The position numbers and the translations under genes were made by a program. 64,000 bases of DNA, taken from positions 64,001 through 128,000 of the forward strand of contig CAWDSQ010000016.1 in NCBI GenBank assembly GCA_963804955.1, in the 5' to 3' direction. Positions 20,773-29,550 of this stretch are shown here, one piece after another; the stretch's first letter is position 1, and every line of letters begins with the position of its first letter. The notes under the pieces were generated by a model. The model was not told where the DNA came from and did no database searches. It was given only the letters and a program-made list of their open reading frames with translations. This DNA is from an uncultured delta proteobacterium (GTDB lineage: Bacteria; Desulfobacterota; WTBG01; CAIYCZ01; CAIRTM01).

Positions 20773-21415
20773 ATGTGTCTCCTCTACTTCAAATTATATT
20801 AATATCCTCTATGGCCATAAGAATACCATAGCTGTAAATTATTAAATGGCTGTCGTACAACTGATTCAAAAGGCGCTACTGTAATTGTACTAACTAAGAT
20901 TTAATCAGGCTTTTTGCGTGGAATACAGCGGGCAGGCTTTTTATCCCAATACCTCGACATTATCCACTTCCAATAAAACTAAGGGCAAGCACATTTGCCA
21001 TGCAGACATCTTTTGGCGCTTACTTAGCATACTAATAGTTTACCATGGCATCGAATATTGTGTCAACACGTAAAATTGTACGGGAACCGCTTACGCGATA
21101 TAAAATATTGATATTACTTGTTTAATATTTAAAAATACCTTCCGGCAAATATTGCAAAGGCCTTATTGTTCCCCAACTTTACCGGAGCGTGTTACAATGA
21201 AATAATGGTTATTCCGGGGAGCTGAAGGCGACGAAGAATCTCGTTCTTTAATCGACACAGCCTCTGAGGGAGAGGAGTAAGGTAAGGGTGTGAAAAAGTT
21301 TATTTTTAATAATTCATGAGCACCCTCTCTTCAAGAGAGGGAAATAATTTTATACATACACATCAGCGGACAACATGCCTCGTAATAGTACGTTTACTCT
21401 GCCGGGCTTTTATGT

Positions 21416-22207
21416 TTATTTCGCCATATCCCTATGGGAAAACTTTTGAGTGAGGTTGCGCCTTCGGCATTTCACGCACACATCTTTAAAGTCATCGGAT
21501 AAGTCTTTCAGCTTTCTGTGCACCTCATTTATGAGTGGCTCGGGTGCGACAACCTCTCCGCATATTCTGCACGTATGAAGCTCCACCGAAGTCTGCGACC
21601 AGGTTTCAACTGTCCGTGTGCCTTTCCTGTCGGAAATTTTTATTAATTTTGTCGGGCATACATCCGCGCATGCCGTACAGCCAAAGCATGTATCGGAAGG
21701 CTCCTGGTAGGCAGTGTTAACCCTTGTTTCCGGGCCGCGAGAGATAAAGTTTATAACCCCGGCCCCCACCGCCTCATTACAGACACGCACACACAAGCCG
21801 CAGAGCACGCACTTTTCTTCGGGTGCGCCCTTCTTTTTCTCCTCTTTGCGGGCAAAGCGGGACTCGGTGATACCGTATTTTGCCGCCATTTCCCTGATAT
21901 GATCAGAGTCAGGCGCCTCAGCAAGATAGAGCTCCATGAGGCCTTTCCTGATACCCCTGATTTCCGCAGTATCCGTTTTTACCTCAAGGCCCTCACTTGC
22001 TGCAAGGGTGCATGACGTAGTCATGCCCTTTCTGCCGCCAGCCACAACCTCTACCATGCACAGCCTGCATGCGCCAAAGGCGGCAAGCGCCTCATGATAG
22101 CAGAGGGCCGGAATGTCAATGCCTCCGCTTTTTGCAGCTTTAAGCACCGAGTCACCCTGCTCGGCCTGAATTTTTTTTCCATCAATAATAATTGTTACAT
22201 TCTTCAT
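21416..22207 (-). CDS. [2Fe-2S]/[4Fe-4S] subunit (NuoG/HydA N-terminal-like, no catalytic domain)
   Basis: IPALCYH, GACRLCMVE, TSC, CVLCGLCVRVC, CFGCTACADVCP and a C-terminal CxxC...CxxC. Confidence 0.88.
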   Translation of the reverse strand: MKNVTIIIDGKKIQAEQGDSVLKAAKSGGIDIPALCYHEALAAFGACRLCMVEVVAGGRKGMTTSCTLAASEGLEVKTDTAEIRGIRKGLMELYLAEAPDSDHIREMAAKYGITESRFARKEEKKKGAPEEKCVLCGLCVRVCNEAVGAGVINFISRGPETRVNTAYQEPSDTCFGCTACADVCPTKLIKISDRKGTRTVETWSQTSVELHTCRICGEVVAPEPLINEVHRKLKDLSDDFKDVCVKCRRRNLTQKFSHRDMAK

Positions 22208-22214
22208 AACGGTA

Positions 22215-25200
22215 TCAACCTTCTTTCACATCACATCGTAAGCATCGGGTAACTTCCACCCTGGCTACATCAGGGGGATAGCACAGGGTAACTTCATCAA
22301 AGCTGCATCGTCGTGCTTCAGGGGAAACCATGGGCATGGGATTACGGTTTCCTCCCTGGGGCTCAACTGAAACCTCATTGTTGTACCTTACTTTCTTCAA
22401 CAACTCGCTTAGCCGGTCTTTGCCGGTAAGCTTTTTGTCAACAGCCATGGCAAACCTCTTGCCCTGTCCCATGGCGCCGCTCACCGTTAAAGGACCGGTC
22501 ACAAGATCGCCCCCGGCATACACACCGGAGATATTTGTTTCAAGGGTGAATGGGTCTACGGCAATAGTGCCGTTGCGGTTCAGTGTGACACCAATCCTGC
22601 CGATAAAATCAGAATCACACACCTGGCCGATGGCGGCAATTACCGTGTCACAGTCATAGGTGATTGTCTCATTATCGGACACCGGCACCCTCCTGCCTGC
22701 AAGGTCATAGTCACCGGGCCGCATCCTTGTGACAATAATGCCTTTTACCCTGCCGCTGCGTGCGAGTATTTTATGCGGACCAACAAGGGTCACAATCTTA
22801 ATTCCTTCTTCCTCTGCCTGGCTGATTTCTTCTTCTTCTGCAGGCATATCAGCCTTTTCGCGGCGGTAGAGAATGGTTACATCAGCGCCGAGGCGCTTTG
22901 CTACACGTGCTGAATCCATTGCCACGTTTCCACCGCCGATGACCACGGTTTTAGCCCCTACGGCAACATCTTTGCCAAGATTGACATCGCGGAGAAACTC
23001 AACGCCGCTCAGCACGCCCAGTGCTTCCTCGCCCTGAACCCGAAGCGGACTTTCTTTCTGGGCGCCGATGGCAAGAAAGATCGCATCATGCTCCTTTTTA
23101 AGCGTCCGCAGGTTCTTATCCCTGCCAACGGTTGTATTAAATTTAAAGGTAACTCCAAGCTTCTTAATCAGCTCAACTTCCTGATTCACCACCTTCTTGG
23201 GAAGTCGGAATTCCGGAATACCCCAGGTCAGCATGCCGCCGGCTGATGGACAGGCATCATACACCGTGACTTTATGGCCAAGCCGGGCAAGGTAGTATGC
23301 AGCGGTTAGGCCTGCAGGTCCTGCACCCACGATACCTATCTTTTTACGGGTTGGTTTTAACTTCCGCGGCTCAACCTTCCGCAGTTTCTTTGCCTTTCCG
23401 TTGTTAAACATGTAATCAGCAACAAACCGGTGAACTTCCCGCGTGGAAACCGTATCATCAACCTCATTGCGTCTGCACCTGCCCTGGCAGGGATGATGGC
23501 ATACGCGACCCGTGCTTGCCGGAAGGGGATTATCCTGAAGGATGAATTCATAGGCATCGGCAATCCTCCCTTCCTTGAGAAGGGTCAAATACCCGGGAAT
23601 GTTCATGTTGATCGGGCAGGCATTTTCACAAGGCGCAACAAACAGGCTTGCGCATGCTCCTGCCTGGCACCGGTTGTTCCTGATATGGTTTTCATATTCA
23701 TTCTTAAAATATCTAAGTGTCGTAAGAACCGGGTTTGGTGCGCTCTGGCCCAGACCGCACAGGGACGTTTTTTTAATAAGATTGCCGAGCTCCTCAAGTA
23801 CGGACAGATCCTCCATCTTCCCTTTGCCGTTGCAGATGTCAGTAAGAAGGGCAAGCATATGCTTGAGGCCTTCCCGGCAGGGTGCGCACTTGCCGCAAGA
23901 CTCTTCCTTGGTAAAATCAACAAAGTAGCGTGCCGTGTCAACCATGCAGGTGTCTTCATCCACCACAACCACACCGCCGGATCCCATAATGGAGCCAAGC
24001 TTTGTCAGGCTTTCATAATCAATTGGTGACTCAAAGTATGGCGCGGGAATACAGCCGCCAGATGGGCCTCCTGTCTGCACTGCTTTAATCTGCCGGCCCT
24101 CTACGCCGCCGCCGCCGATGTCATACACAAGGGTCTTCAATGACGTGCCGAAAGCAATTTCAGCAAGCCCTGCCTGGCTTATTTTGCCGACAAGGGAGAG
24201 CACCTTGGTGCCCTTGCTTGTCTCGGTACCGGTCTGGCTGAACCATGCCCCGCCCCGGGATATAATAACGGGGATATTGCACCAAGTCTCAACATTGTTG
24301 ATGTTTGTTGGTTTACCCCAGAGGCCTTTTTCTGCGGGAAACGGTGGGCGGCTACGGGAGCGGCCGGCAAAGCCCTCTATGGAGGATATCAGGGCTGTTT
24401 CCTCGCCGCACACAAATGCGCCGGCGCCTTTCACCATAATAATATCAAAAGAGAAGCCTGAACCGAGTATGTTTTTCCCCAGGAACCCATATGCCCGCAG
24501 CTGCTTAAGCGCATTCTGCAGCCGCTTGATTGCCAGCGGATATTCTTCGCGAATATAAATGATGCCTTCACTTGCCCCGATTGCATATGCGCCGATGATC
24601 ATACCCTCTAGCAGCATGCACGGGTCGCTTTCCATTTCATTGCGGTTCATATAGGCGCCGGGATCGCCTTCATCAGCATTGCAGATGATATATTTCTTTT
24701 CCCCTGCGGCATTGCGGGCAAACTTCCATTTCTGGCCCGTCGGGAAGCCTGCGCCGCCTCGTCCGCGAAGCCCTGCTTTAAGCACTTCATCAATAATCGC
24801 TTCAGGGGTCATAGCCGTGAGTGCTGTGTGCAGGGCTGAGAATCCGCCAACACCAATATACTCATCAATATCTTCAGGGTTGATAAACCCCGTATTTCTC
24901 AAAATAATCTTTGTCTGCTTTGAGAAAAACGGCACGTCGGCATAGGCCGTGATGTCGGCAAAACCTTTGCCATACTCAAGGACTGCGCCTTTTGTAATGT
25001 GATCCCATCTCTCAACCCGGCAGAGGGCTTTTTCCCGGCAGACATCATTTTTGACAAGCTTGTCAAGTATGGCCTTTGCATCTTCGGGCACAACACCTGA
25101 ATAAATAATCATCGGCATATCAGGAATGCTTACATTTACCAGGGGCTCCCTGGTGCAGTAGCCGATGCAGCCAACCTTGGTAAGCACCACATCAAGCTTT

Positions 25201-25373
25201 CTGCTCTTGATCTCTTCTTCCAGCGCGCGCATCACTTTATCTGCGCCTGCGGCAATTCCGCAGCTGGCGTAGCCCACTGCAATTCGGGGCTTTCCAGGGA
25301 AAATCTTCTTTAACCCTTCGTCTTTAATCTGCTTTAGATATGCTTGATGATGTAGTTTCACTTTTCTTCCCAC
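22215..25373 (-). CDS. NuoF/HydB-like FMN-NADH subunit fused to a GltD-like FAD/NADPH domain
   Basis: LRGRGGAGFPTG, CNADEGDPGA, GAGAFVCGEET and ESCGKCAPCREG, then PCENACP, GAGPAG, GGGNVAMD..YRR and RCLRCD. Confidence 0.93.
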   Translation of the reverse strand: MGRKVKLHHQAYLKQIKDEGLKKIFPGKPRIAVGYASCGIAAGADKVMRALEEEIKSRKLDVVLTKVGCIGYCTREPLVNVSIPDMPMIIYSGVVPEDAKAILDKLVKNDVCREKALCRVERWDHITKGAVLEYGKGFADITAYADVPFFSKQTKIILRNTGFINPEDIDEYIGVGGFSALHTALTAMTPEAIIDEVLKAGLRGRGGAGFPTGQKWKFARNAAGEKKYIICNADEGDPGAYMNRNEMESDPCMLLEGMIIGAYAIGASEGIIYIREEYPLAIKRLQNALKQLRAYGFLGKNILGSGFSFDIIMVKGAGAFVCGEETALISSIEGFAGRSRSRPPFPAEKGLWGKPTNINNVETWCNIPVIISRGGAWFSQTGTETSKGTKVLSLVGKISQAGLAEIAFGTSLKTLVYDIGGGGVEGRQIKAVQTGGPSGGCIPAPYFESPIDYESLTKLGSIMGSGGVVVVDEDTCMVDTARYFVDFTKEESCGKCAPCREGLKHMLALLTDICNGKGKMEDLSVLEELGNLIKKTSLCGLGQSAPNPVLTTLRYFKNEYENHIRNNRCQAGACASLFVAPCENACPINMNIPGYLTLLKEGRIADAYEFILQDNPLPASTGRVCHHPCQGRCRRNEVDDTVSTREVHRFVADYMFNNGKAKKLRKVEPRKLKPTRKKIGIVGAGPAGLTAAYYLARLGHKVTVYDACPSAGGMLTWGIPEFRLPKKVVNQEVELIKKLGVTFKFNTTVGRDKNLRTLKKEHDAIFLAIGAQKESPLRVQGEEALGVLSGVEFLRDVNLGKDVAVGAKTVVIGGGNVAMDSARVAKRLGADVTILYRREKADMPAEEEEISQAEEEGIKIVTLVGPHKILARSGRVKGIIVTRMRPGDYDLAGRRVPVSDNETITYDCDTVIAAIGQVCDSDFIGRIGVTLNRNGTIAVDPFTLETNISGVYAGGDLVTGPLTVSGAMGQGKRFAMAVDKKLTGKDRLSELLKKVRYNNEVSVEPQGGNRNPMPMVSPEARRCSFDEVTLCYPPDVARVEVTRCLRCDVKEG

Positions 25374-25840
25374 TCATATTGTTTCAGAATTTCAGGTAGT
25401 TTTTTAGGCGTTAAATAGCCATAAATAGTGCCGTCAACCATCATCACCGGCGCAAGACTGCAACACCCGAGACAGCGGGTGCTTTCAATCGTAAACAGCT
25501 TGTCATCGGTTGTGATTGACTTTTCATTTCTTTCTTCATGCCTAATCTTTAAAAGATCAAGCATGGCAGCCTTAAGCCTTGGCCCGCCTCGAACATGGCA
25601 ACTTGTACCTTCACAAACGGTGATTATGTGCTTACCCCGGGGTTTCAGGCTGAAGGCAGCATAAAACGTGCAGACGCTGAAGAGCTGAGAAAACGGAACC
25701 CCCATCTTCTCCCCCACATACTGCATTGCTTCTTTTGGCACATACCCTTCCTCTTCCTGAATTGCCTCCAGTGTGGACAAAACCTGCCCGGGCATATCCA
25801 CATACTGCTCAATAATTTTATCCAGTTTTCTTGCATCCAT
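25358..25840 (-). CDS. NuoE/HydC-like [2Fe-2S] subunit
   Basis: VCEGTSCHVRG and RCLGCCSLAPV. Confidence 0.93.
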   Translation of the reverse strand: MDARKLDKIIEQYVDMPGQVLSTLEAIQEEEGYVPKEAMQYVGEKMGVPFSQLFSVCTFYAAFSLKPRGKHIITVCEGTSCHVRGGPRLKAAMLDLLKIRHEERNEKSITTDDKLFTIESTRCLGCCSLAPVMMVDGTIYGYLTPKKLPEILKQYEWEEK

Positions 25841-26078
25841 GGCTTACGTCTCTACTTTTGAATTAATACATTGATAAGACGAACAAATCAAAAAATCAGC
25901 TTTCCATTTATTTGTTCACACCACTCTACAAAGAACACCAGGGGGAATACGCCGGCATTCAAAAATCAGGCTGTCAATGTCTGATATCCTGCGGGTAAGC
26001 GGGGGCGACGAGAACTACCTCTTGTCCGTCACCAGTCCGATCCACCACCCGACAACAAACCATCGCAAAAAACTGTCG

Positions 26079-26197
26079 AAAAAAGCCTGAAGACACATCC
26101 CGATAATCTTCAGGCTTCCTTTGCACTATGGCGGGCCGGATATCTATCCGGCCTTTTCGGCCCACACCTAAAGGAACTCAGAAATCCCTATAAAGTA
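26079..26197 (-). ncRNA. Candidate variant Moco/Tuco-like riboswitch with overlapping terminator, copy 2 (nuoE-like operon leader)
   Basis: AGGGATTTCT-GAG[P2]CC-GAA-AAGGC-CGGATA-GA-TATCCG-GCCC-GC-CATAGT-GC-AAAGGAAGCCT, continuing into GAAGA...TCTTCAGGC-T6. Confidence 0.7.
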
Positions 26198-26229
26198 AGG
26201 TTTTTGTATATTTCAAAATATTAATCGTT

Positions 26230-26258
26230 TGTATATAAAACCAGCGTAACGCTGTCAA
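26230..26258 (-). promoter_or_regulatory. Sigma70-type promoter upstream of leader copy 2
   Basis: TTGACA-N17-TATACA. Confidence 0.6.
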
Positions 26259-26290
26259 CTTTTTTTATCATATTTCTTCCCTAGTCACCA

Positions 26291-26319
26291 TTGACGCATA
26301 GGCGTTTTTATTTTATACT
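26291..26319 (+). promoter_or_regulatory. Sigma70-type promoter for the rubrerythrin-like gene
   Basis: TTGACG-N17-TATACT. Confidence 0.55.
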
Positions 26320-26376
26320 GCGACAGTTCAAAAACCGAACGATCATTAACTTTATTAAATAGAAGGAACAGGCACC

Positions 26377-26829
26377 ATGGAGCAAAAAAAATTTAACGAA
26401 GTAATTGATTTTGCCATTGCAAGAGAAAAGGAAGCCGTAAAATTTTACCACGACCTGCAGGGCATAGTCCATTTTAAGGCAAGGCAGGAAATGCTTCGTG
26501 AGCTGGAAGATATGGAAAAAGGGCATGTGAAAACCCTTGAAGGTATCCGCAAGGGCTCCACCAAGATAACCGAAAGCCCAAAAGTTCAAGACATGAAAAT
26601 AAGCGACTATCTGGTTGAAGCACAACCCGCAGCTGATATGAGCTACCAGGACATTATAATTACCGCCATGAAGCGTGAGCAGGCAGCTGTCCAGCTGTAT
26701 ACAGACCTTGCCAACCGTTCCGCAGATGCCACCGTCAAGCAGCTGTTTTTAAATTTGACCGCCGAAGAGGCAAAACACAAGCTCAAATTTGAAAAAATTT
26801 ACAATGATGAAATATTAAAAGATAACTGA
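26377..26829 (+). CDS. Ferritin-like / rubrerythrin family diiron protein
   Basis: Two E..A..FY...E..H repeats (AREKEAVKFY..EKGH and KREQAAVQLY..EAKH). Confidence 0.88.
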   Translation: MEQKKFNEVIDFAIAREKEAVKFYHDLQGIVHFKARQEMLRELEDMEKGHVKTLEGIRKGSTKITESPKVQDMKISDYLVEAQPAADMSYQDIIITAMKREQAAVQLYTDLANRSADATVKQLFLNLTAEEAKHKLKFEKIYNDEILKDN

Positions 26830-26846
26830 GATCAAAGATTCAAGAT

Positions 26847-26886
26847 GCAAACACAAAGGGGCTCAAATGAGCCCCTTTGTGTTTGC
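26847..26886. terminator. Probable bidirectional terminator between convergent genes
   Basis: GCAAACACAAAGGGGCTCA-AA-TGAGCCCCTTTGTGTTTGC perfect inverted repeat. Confidence 0.85.
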
Positions 26887-26900
26887 TGTTGAACAACCAA

Positions 26901-28073
26901 TTACTTCTTCATGCTGACAATGATCTCGGTCGTCTTGGCGCCCTTGGCGATATGCGACTTAATCTTGAAGGATGCCTTCTTGTCGGTCCTAGTTGCCTTC
27001 AGAACGTTGGCAATAAAATCTTCGTCCATGGCGGCGAGATCCGCCTTGTAGGCAGGGGGCGCCTGCAGCATGTCTCCGACCTGCACAAAGGGGTCAGCCG
27101 CAGCGGTCAGGGTAACGGTGCCATCGGCATTTTGGGTCTGCGTGAAGGCAATGTATTTCTTCTTTTCGCAGTACGCGATAATGGAAGCGATGTCTTCGGC
27201 GGTCTTGATCTTGCCGATTTCCAGATCAAGCTTGGCGTCCTTCACCCACATTTTGGGGAAGGTCTGCCACAGCTTCAGGTAGATTTCCTTTGCCTTGGGC
27301 TTTACGTTCAGGAACAGCTGCAGCCAGGCAAGAAAATCGACAGCGAAAAAGCCCAGAAATGAGCCCGGGCCCTGCTCTTCGAAGGTGCGCTTCTGTTTTT
27401 TCAGAATATAGGCCACCGGCTCCTGTGTGCCCATTTCAAGATCGATGAACCGGCTTTCGACTTCGGGCAGGGGCAGATCGGGATTTGCGGCGCGGGTGCG
27501 CAGAATGATCTGACAGGCGCAGGCTGCGCCGTCGCGGCAGCGGCCGGAGGGCAGCTCGACAAGGATTTCTTCTTTGAGGCCGGCCTTCTTGGCTTTCTCA
27601 ATGAGCTCCCAGATATACACATAGGTAAGGTACACTTCCTGCCGGTAATAGTCGTGGCGGCAATAGGTGCAGTCTGCCGGGCCGTAGGCCGGATTTGCGC
27701 ACCACTGCACATGGCCCACATGCTCGGTTTCCGTATTGCGGCGGGTAATGTACAGCGCGGGCACGCCGGTAAAGCAGTCCTCGACAATGCGGCCCAGGGT
27801 GGGCAGGTCTTTTACTTCCTTCAAGCCGAACTTTGCCATGGCGCCGTCAAACGACATATCCGCCAGAGCGCCCCAGACATTGCCGTAATATTTCAGGCCG
27901 TCCTTCTCGCCAAGGGCGGGCTTGAAAGTGTTCCAGATATAATAGACATGCCCGAACAGAGACTTGAGTGCCTCTACCGTCAGGTCCTTCAGGCTCATTT
28001 TCAGGGCCTTGGCATGGGCATCCATGAACGGAAGAAACGGTGAGGGTGCTGATTTTGCTGCTTTGGTTGCCAT
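26901..28073 (-). CDS. 390-aa hypothetical protein with two tandem ATC-hydrolase/V4R-like domains
   Basis: Intact ORF with GAAGGAGA RBS; internal duplication; first half carries WCANP...CTYC...CRDGAACAC. Confidence 0.7.
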   Translation of the reverse strand: MATKAAKSAPSPFLPFMDAHAKALKMSLKDLTVEALKSLFGHVYYIWNTFKPALGEKDGLKYYGNVWGALADMSFDGAMAKFGLKEVKDLPTLGRIVEDCFTGVPALYITRRNTETEHVGHVQWCANPAYGPADCTYCRHDYYRQEVYLTYVYIWELIEKAKKAGLKEEILVELPSGRCRDGAACACQIILRTRAANPDLPLPEVESRFIDLEMGTQEPVAYILKKQKRTFEEQGPGSFLGFFAVDFLAWLQLFLNVKPKAKEIYLKLWQTFPKMWVKDAKLDLEIGKIKTAEDIASIIAYCEKKKYIAFTQTQNADGTVTLTAAADPFVQVGDMLQAPPAYKADLAAMDEDFIANVLKATRTDKKASFKIKSHIAKGAKTTEIIVSMKK

Positions 28074-28156
28074 GAAACTCTCCTTCAGTAAATAAGGTTT
28101 ATAGGGTTATATGCTGTAGTACGCGGCCAGGCAAAAAGCCTGTGCATCACCCTATC

Positions 28157-28186
28157 ATTATATAAATCTCAGCTTGCTATTGTCAA
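28157..28186 (-). promoter_or_regulatory. Consensus sigma70 promoter for the 390-aa gene
   Basis: TTGACA-N18-TATAAT. Confidence 0.7.
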
Positions 28187-28393
28187 ACAAAAATGAGCTT
28201 TAAAAGGACCGCGGCAGCTAGGGTTCGCCGGGGCGGCCGTTTCCAGGCGCCGTACTGCGCAAAGCGGCGCCCCTGCTGCGGTAGGCCGGTTTGCGTTTGC
28301 CTGCATGCAAAGGGTTGACTTTTGCTTTAAATCCGCCTATTAAAAATCACGTGCTTAAAAATTCTGAAAATCCGTACGCTGGATGACCGCCCC

Positions 28394-29137
28394 ATGCATT
28401 TAAGCCAACAGGAACAAGACCGCTACTGCCGTCAGATGCTCATGCCGGGGTGGGGCCAGGAAGCTCAACTCCGAATAAAGCAGTCCCGGGTTTTTATCGC
28501 CGGCGCAGGCGGGCTTGGCAGCCCCGTATCTATTTATCTCGCGGTTGCCGGCATAGGCACACTGCGCATCTGCGACTGCGGCGAGTTGGAGCTGTCAAAC
28601 CTGAACCGGCAAATACTGCATGACGACAGCCGCATCGGGTGGAACAAGGCCCTCTCTGCCAAAGCAACGCTTGAGAGGATGAATCCCGATATAACCGTCG
28701 AGGCTCTGCAGGAACAAATCACTGCCGACAGCGTTGCCGGGCTTATCGGCAACGCTGATTTGATACTGGACTGCCTGGATAATTTCCCGACCCGGCACAT
28801 TATCAATGCATACGCCGTGAACAAAGGCATCCCGGTCATTCATGCCGGGGTATACGGCATGCAGGGCCAGATAACCTTTATAAAGGCGCCGGAAACGCCC
28901 TGCCTGTGGTGCATCAGCGCGGGCACGCCTGCTGCCGTATTTCCGATTGTGGGAGCTACGGCAGGCGTCATCGGTTGCATGGAAGCGCTTGAGGCGATAA
29001 AGTATCTCGGCGGCGTCGGCACAAATCTTAAGGACCGGCTCCTGATCTGGGATGGAGAAAAAATTGAGTTCATGGAGCTGCCCCAGAAAAAAATCGCCGA
29101 CTGCCCCGTTTGCGGACATCTCAATACCACGGGCTGA
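28394..29137 (+). CDS. ThiF/MoeB family adenylyltransferase
   Basis: RYCRQ, GAGGLGSP, SNLNRQ, DCLDN, PCLWC and CPVC. Confidence 0.93.
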   Translation: MHLSQQEQDRYCRQMLMPGWGQEAQLRIKQSRVFIAGAGGLGSPVSIYLAVAGIGTLRICDCGELELSNLNRQILHDDSRIGWNKALSAKATLERMNPDITVEALQEQITADSVAGLIGNADLILDCLDNFPTRHIINAYAVNKGIPVIHAGVYGMQGQITFIKAPETPCLWCISAGTPAAVFPIVGATAGVIGCMEALEAIKYLGGVGTNLKDRLLIWDGEKIEFMELPQKKIADCPVCGHLNTTG

Positions 29138-29192
29138 GTGAACAGCCACACGACAACAGAACTTATAAAAATCAACCGGAGTTTAAAAATGT

Positions 29193-29501
29193 ATGGCAAA
29201 AATTTCCTGCAAGTATTTTGTTAATGTGCTGGGGGCTACGAAAAAAGACGGTGAAATCGTCGAGGTCCCGGACGGGATGATCGTTGAGCAGTTTTTGGAT
29301 TTCATGTCGGAGAAGTACGGCGCCGAGTTTGCCAGGCATGTGTATGCAACCGGCACCCTGTCGGGCGAGCCTTTCAAAACGCCCAATATCTACCTGAACA
29401 AGCGGCGCATTCAGTGGGTGCAGGATTTCCCCGAAGGGATAAAAACAAAAATCAAAGACGGCGATGAGTTCTGGTTCGGCCTCATCGTAGGCGGGGGCTG
29501 A
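29193..29501 (+). CDS. MoaD/ThiS-family sulfur carrier
   Basis: Beta-grasp-sized protein with IKDGDEF and C-terminal VGGG; follows ThiF/MoeB. Confidence 0.85.
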   Translation: MAKISCKYFVNVLGATKKDGEIVEVPDGMIVEQFLDFMSEKYGAEFARHVYATGTLSGEPFKTPNIYLNKRRIQWVQDFPEGIKTKIKDGDEFWFGLIVGGG

Positions 29502-29550
29502 TGGGGCTGCTGCGTGCCGAACCGCCGGTTACTTCCCGCGCTCTGGCTGG

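Noticed and set aside
14928..25840. Class II benzoyl-CoA reductase (BamB-I)
   Set aside because: The W subunit keeps the AOR-type EYE motif, and no HdrA-like or BamF/MvhD-like genes are present in this cluster
26225..26252. ModE/TunR-like operator overlapping the promoter
   Set aside because: Only a weak CGTT...TATA..AACG resemblance, not clearly repeated at the other promoters
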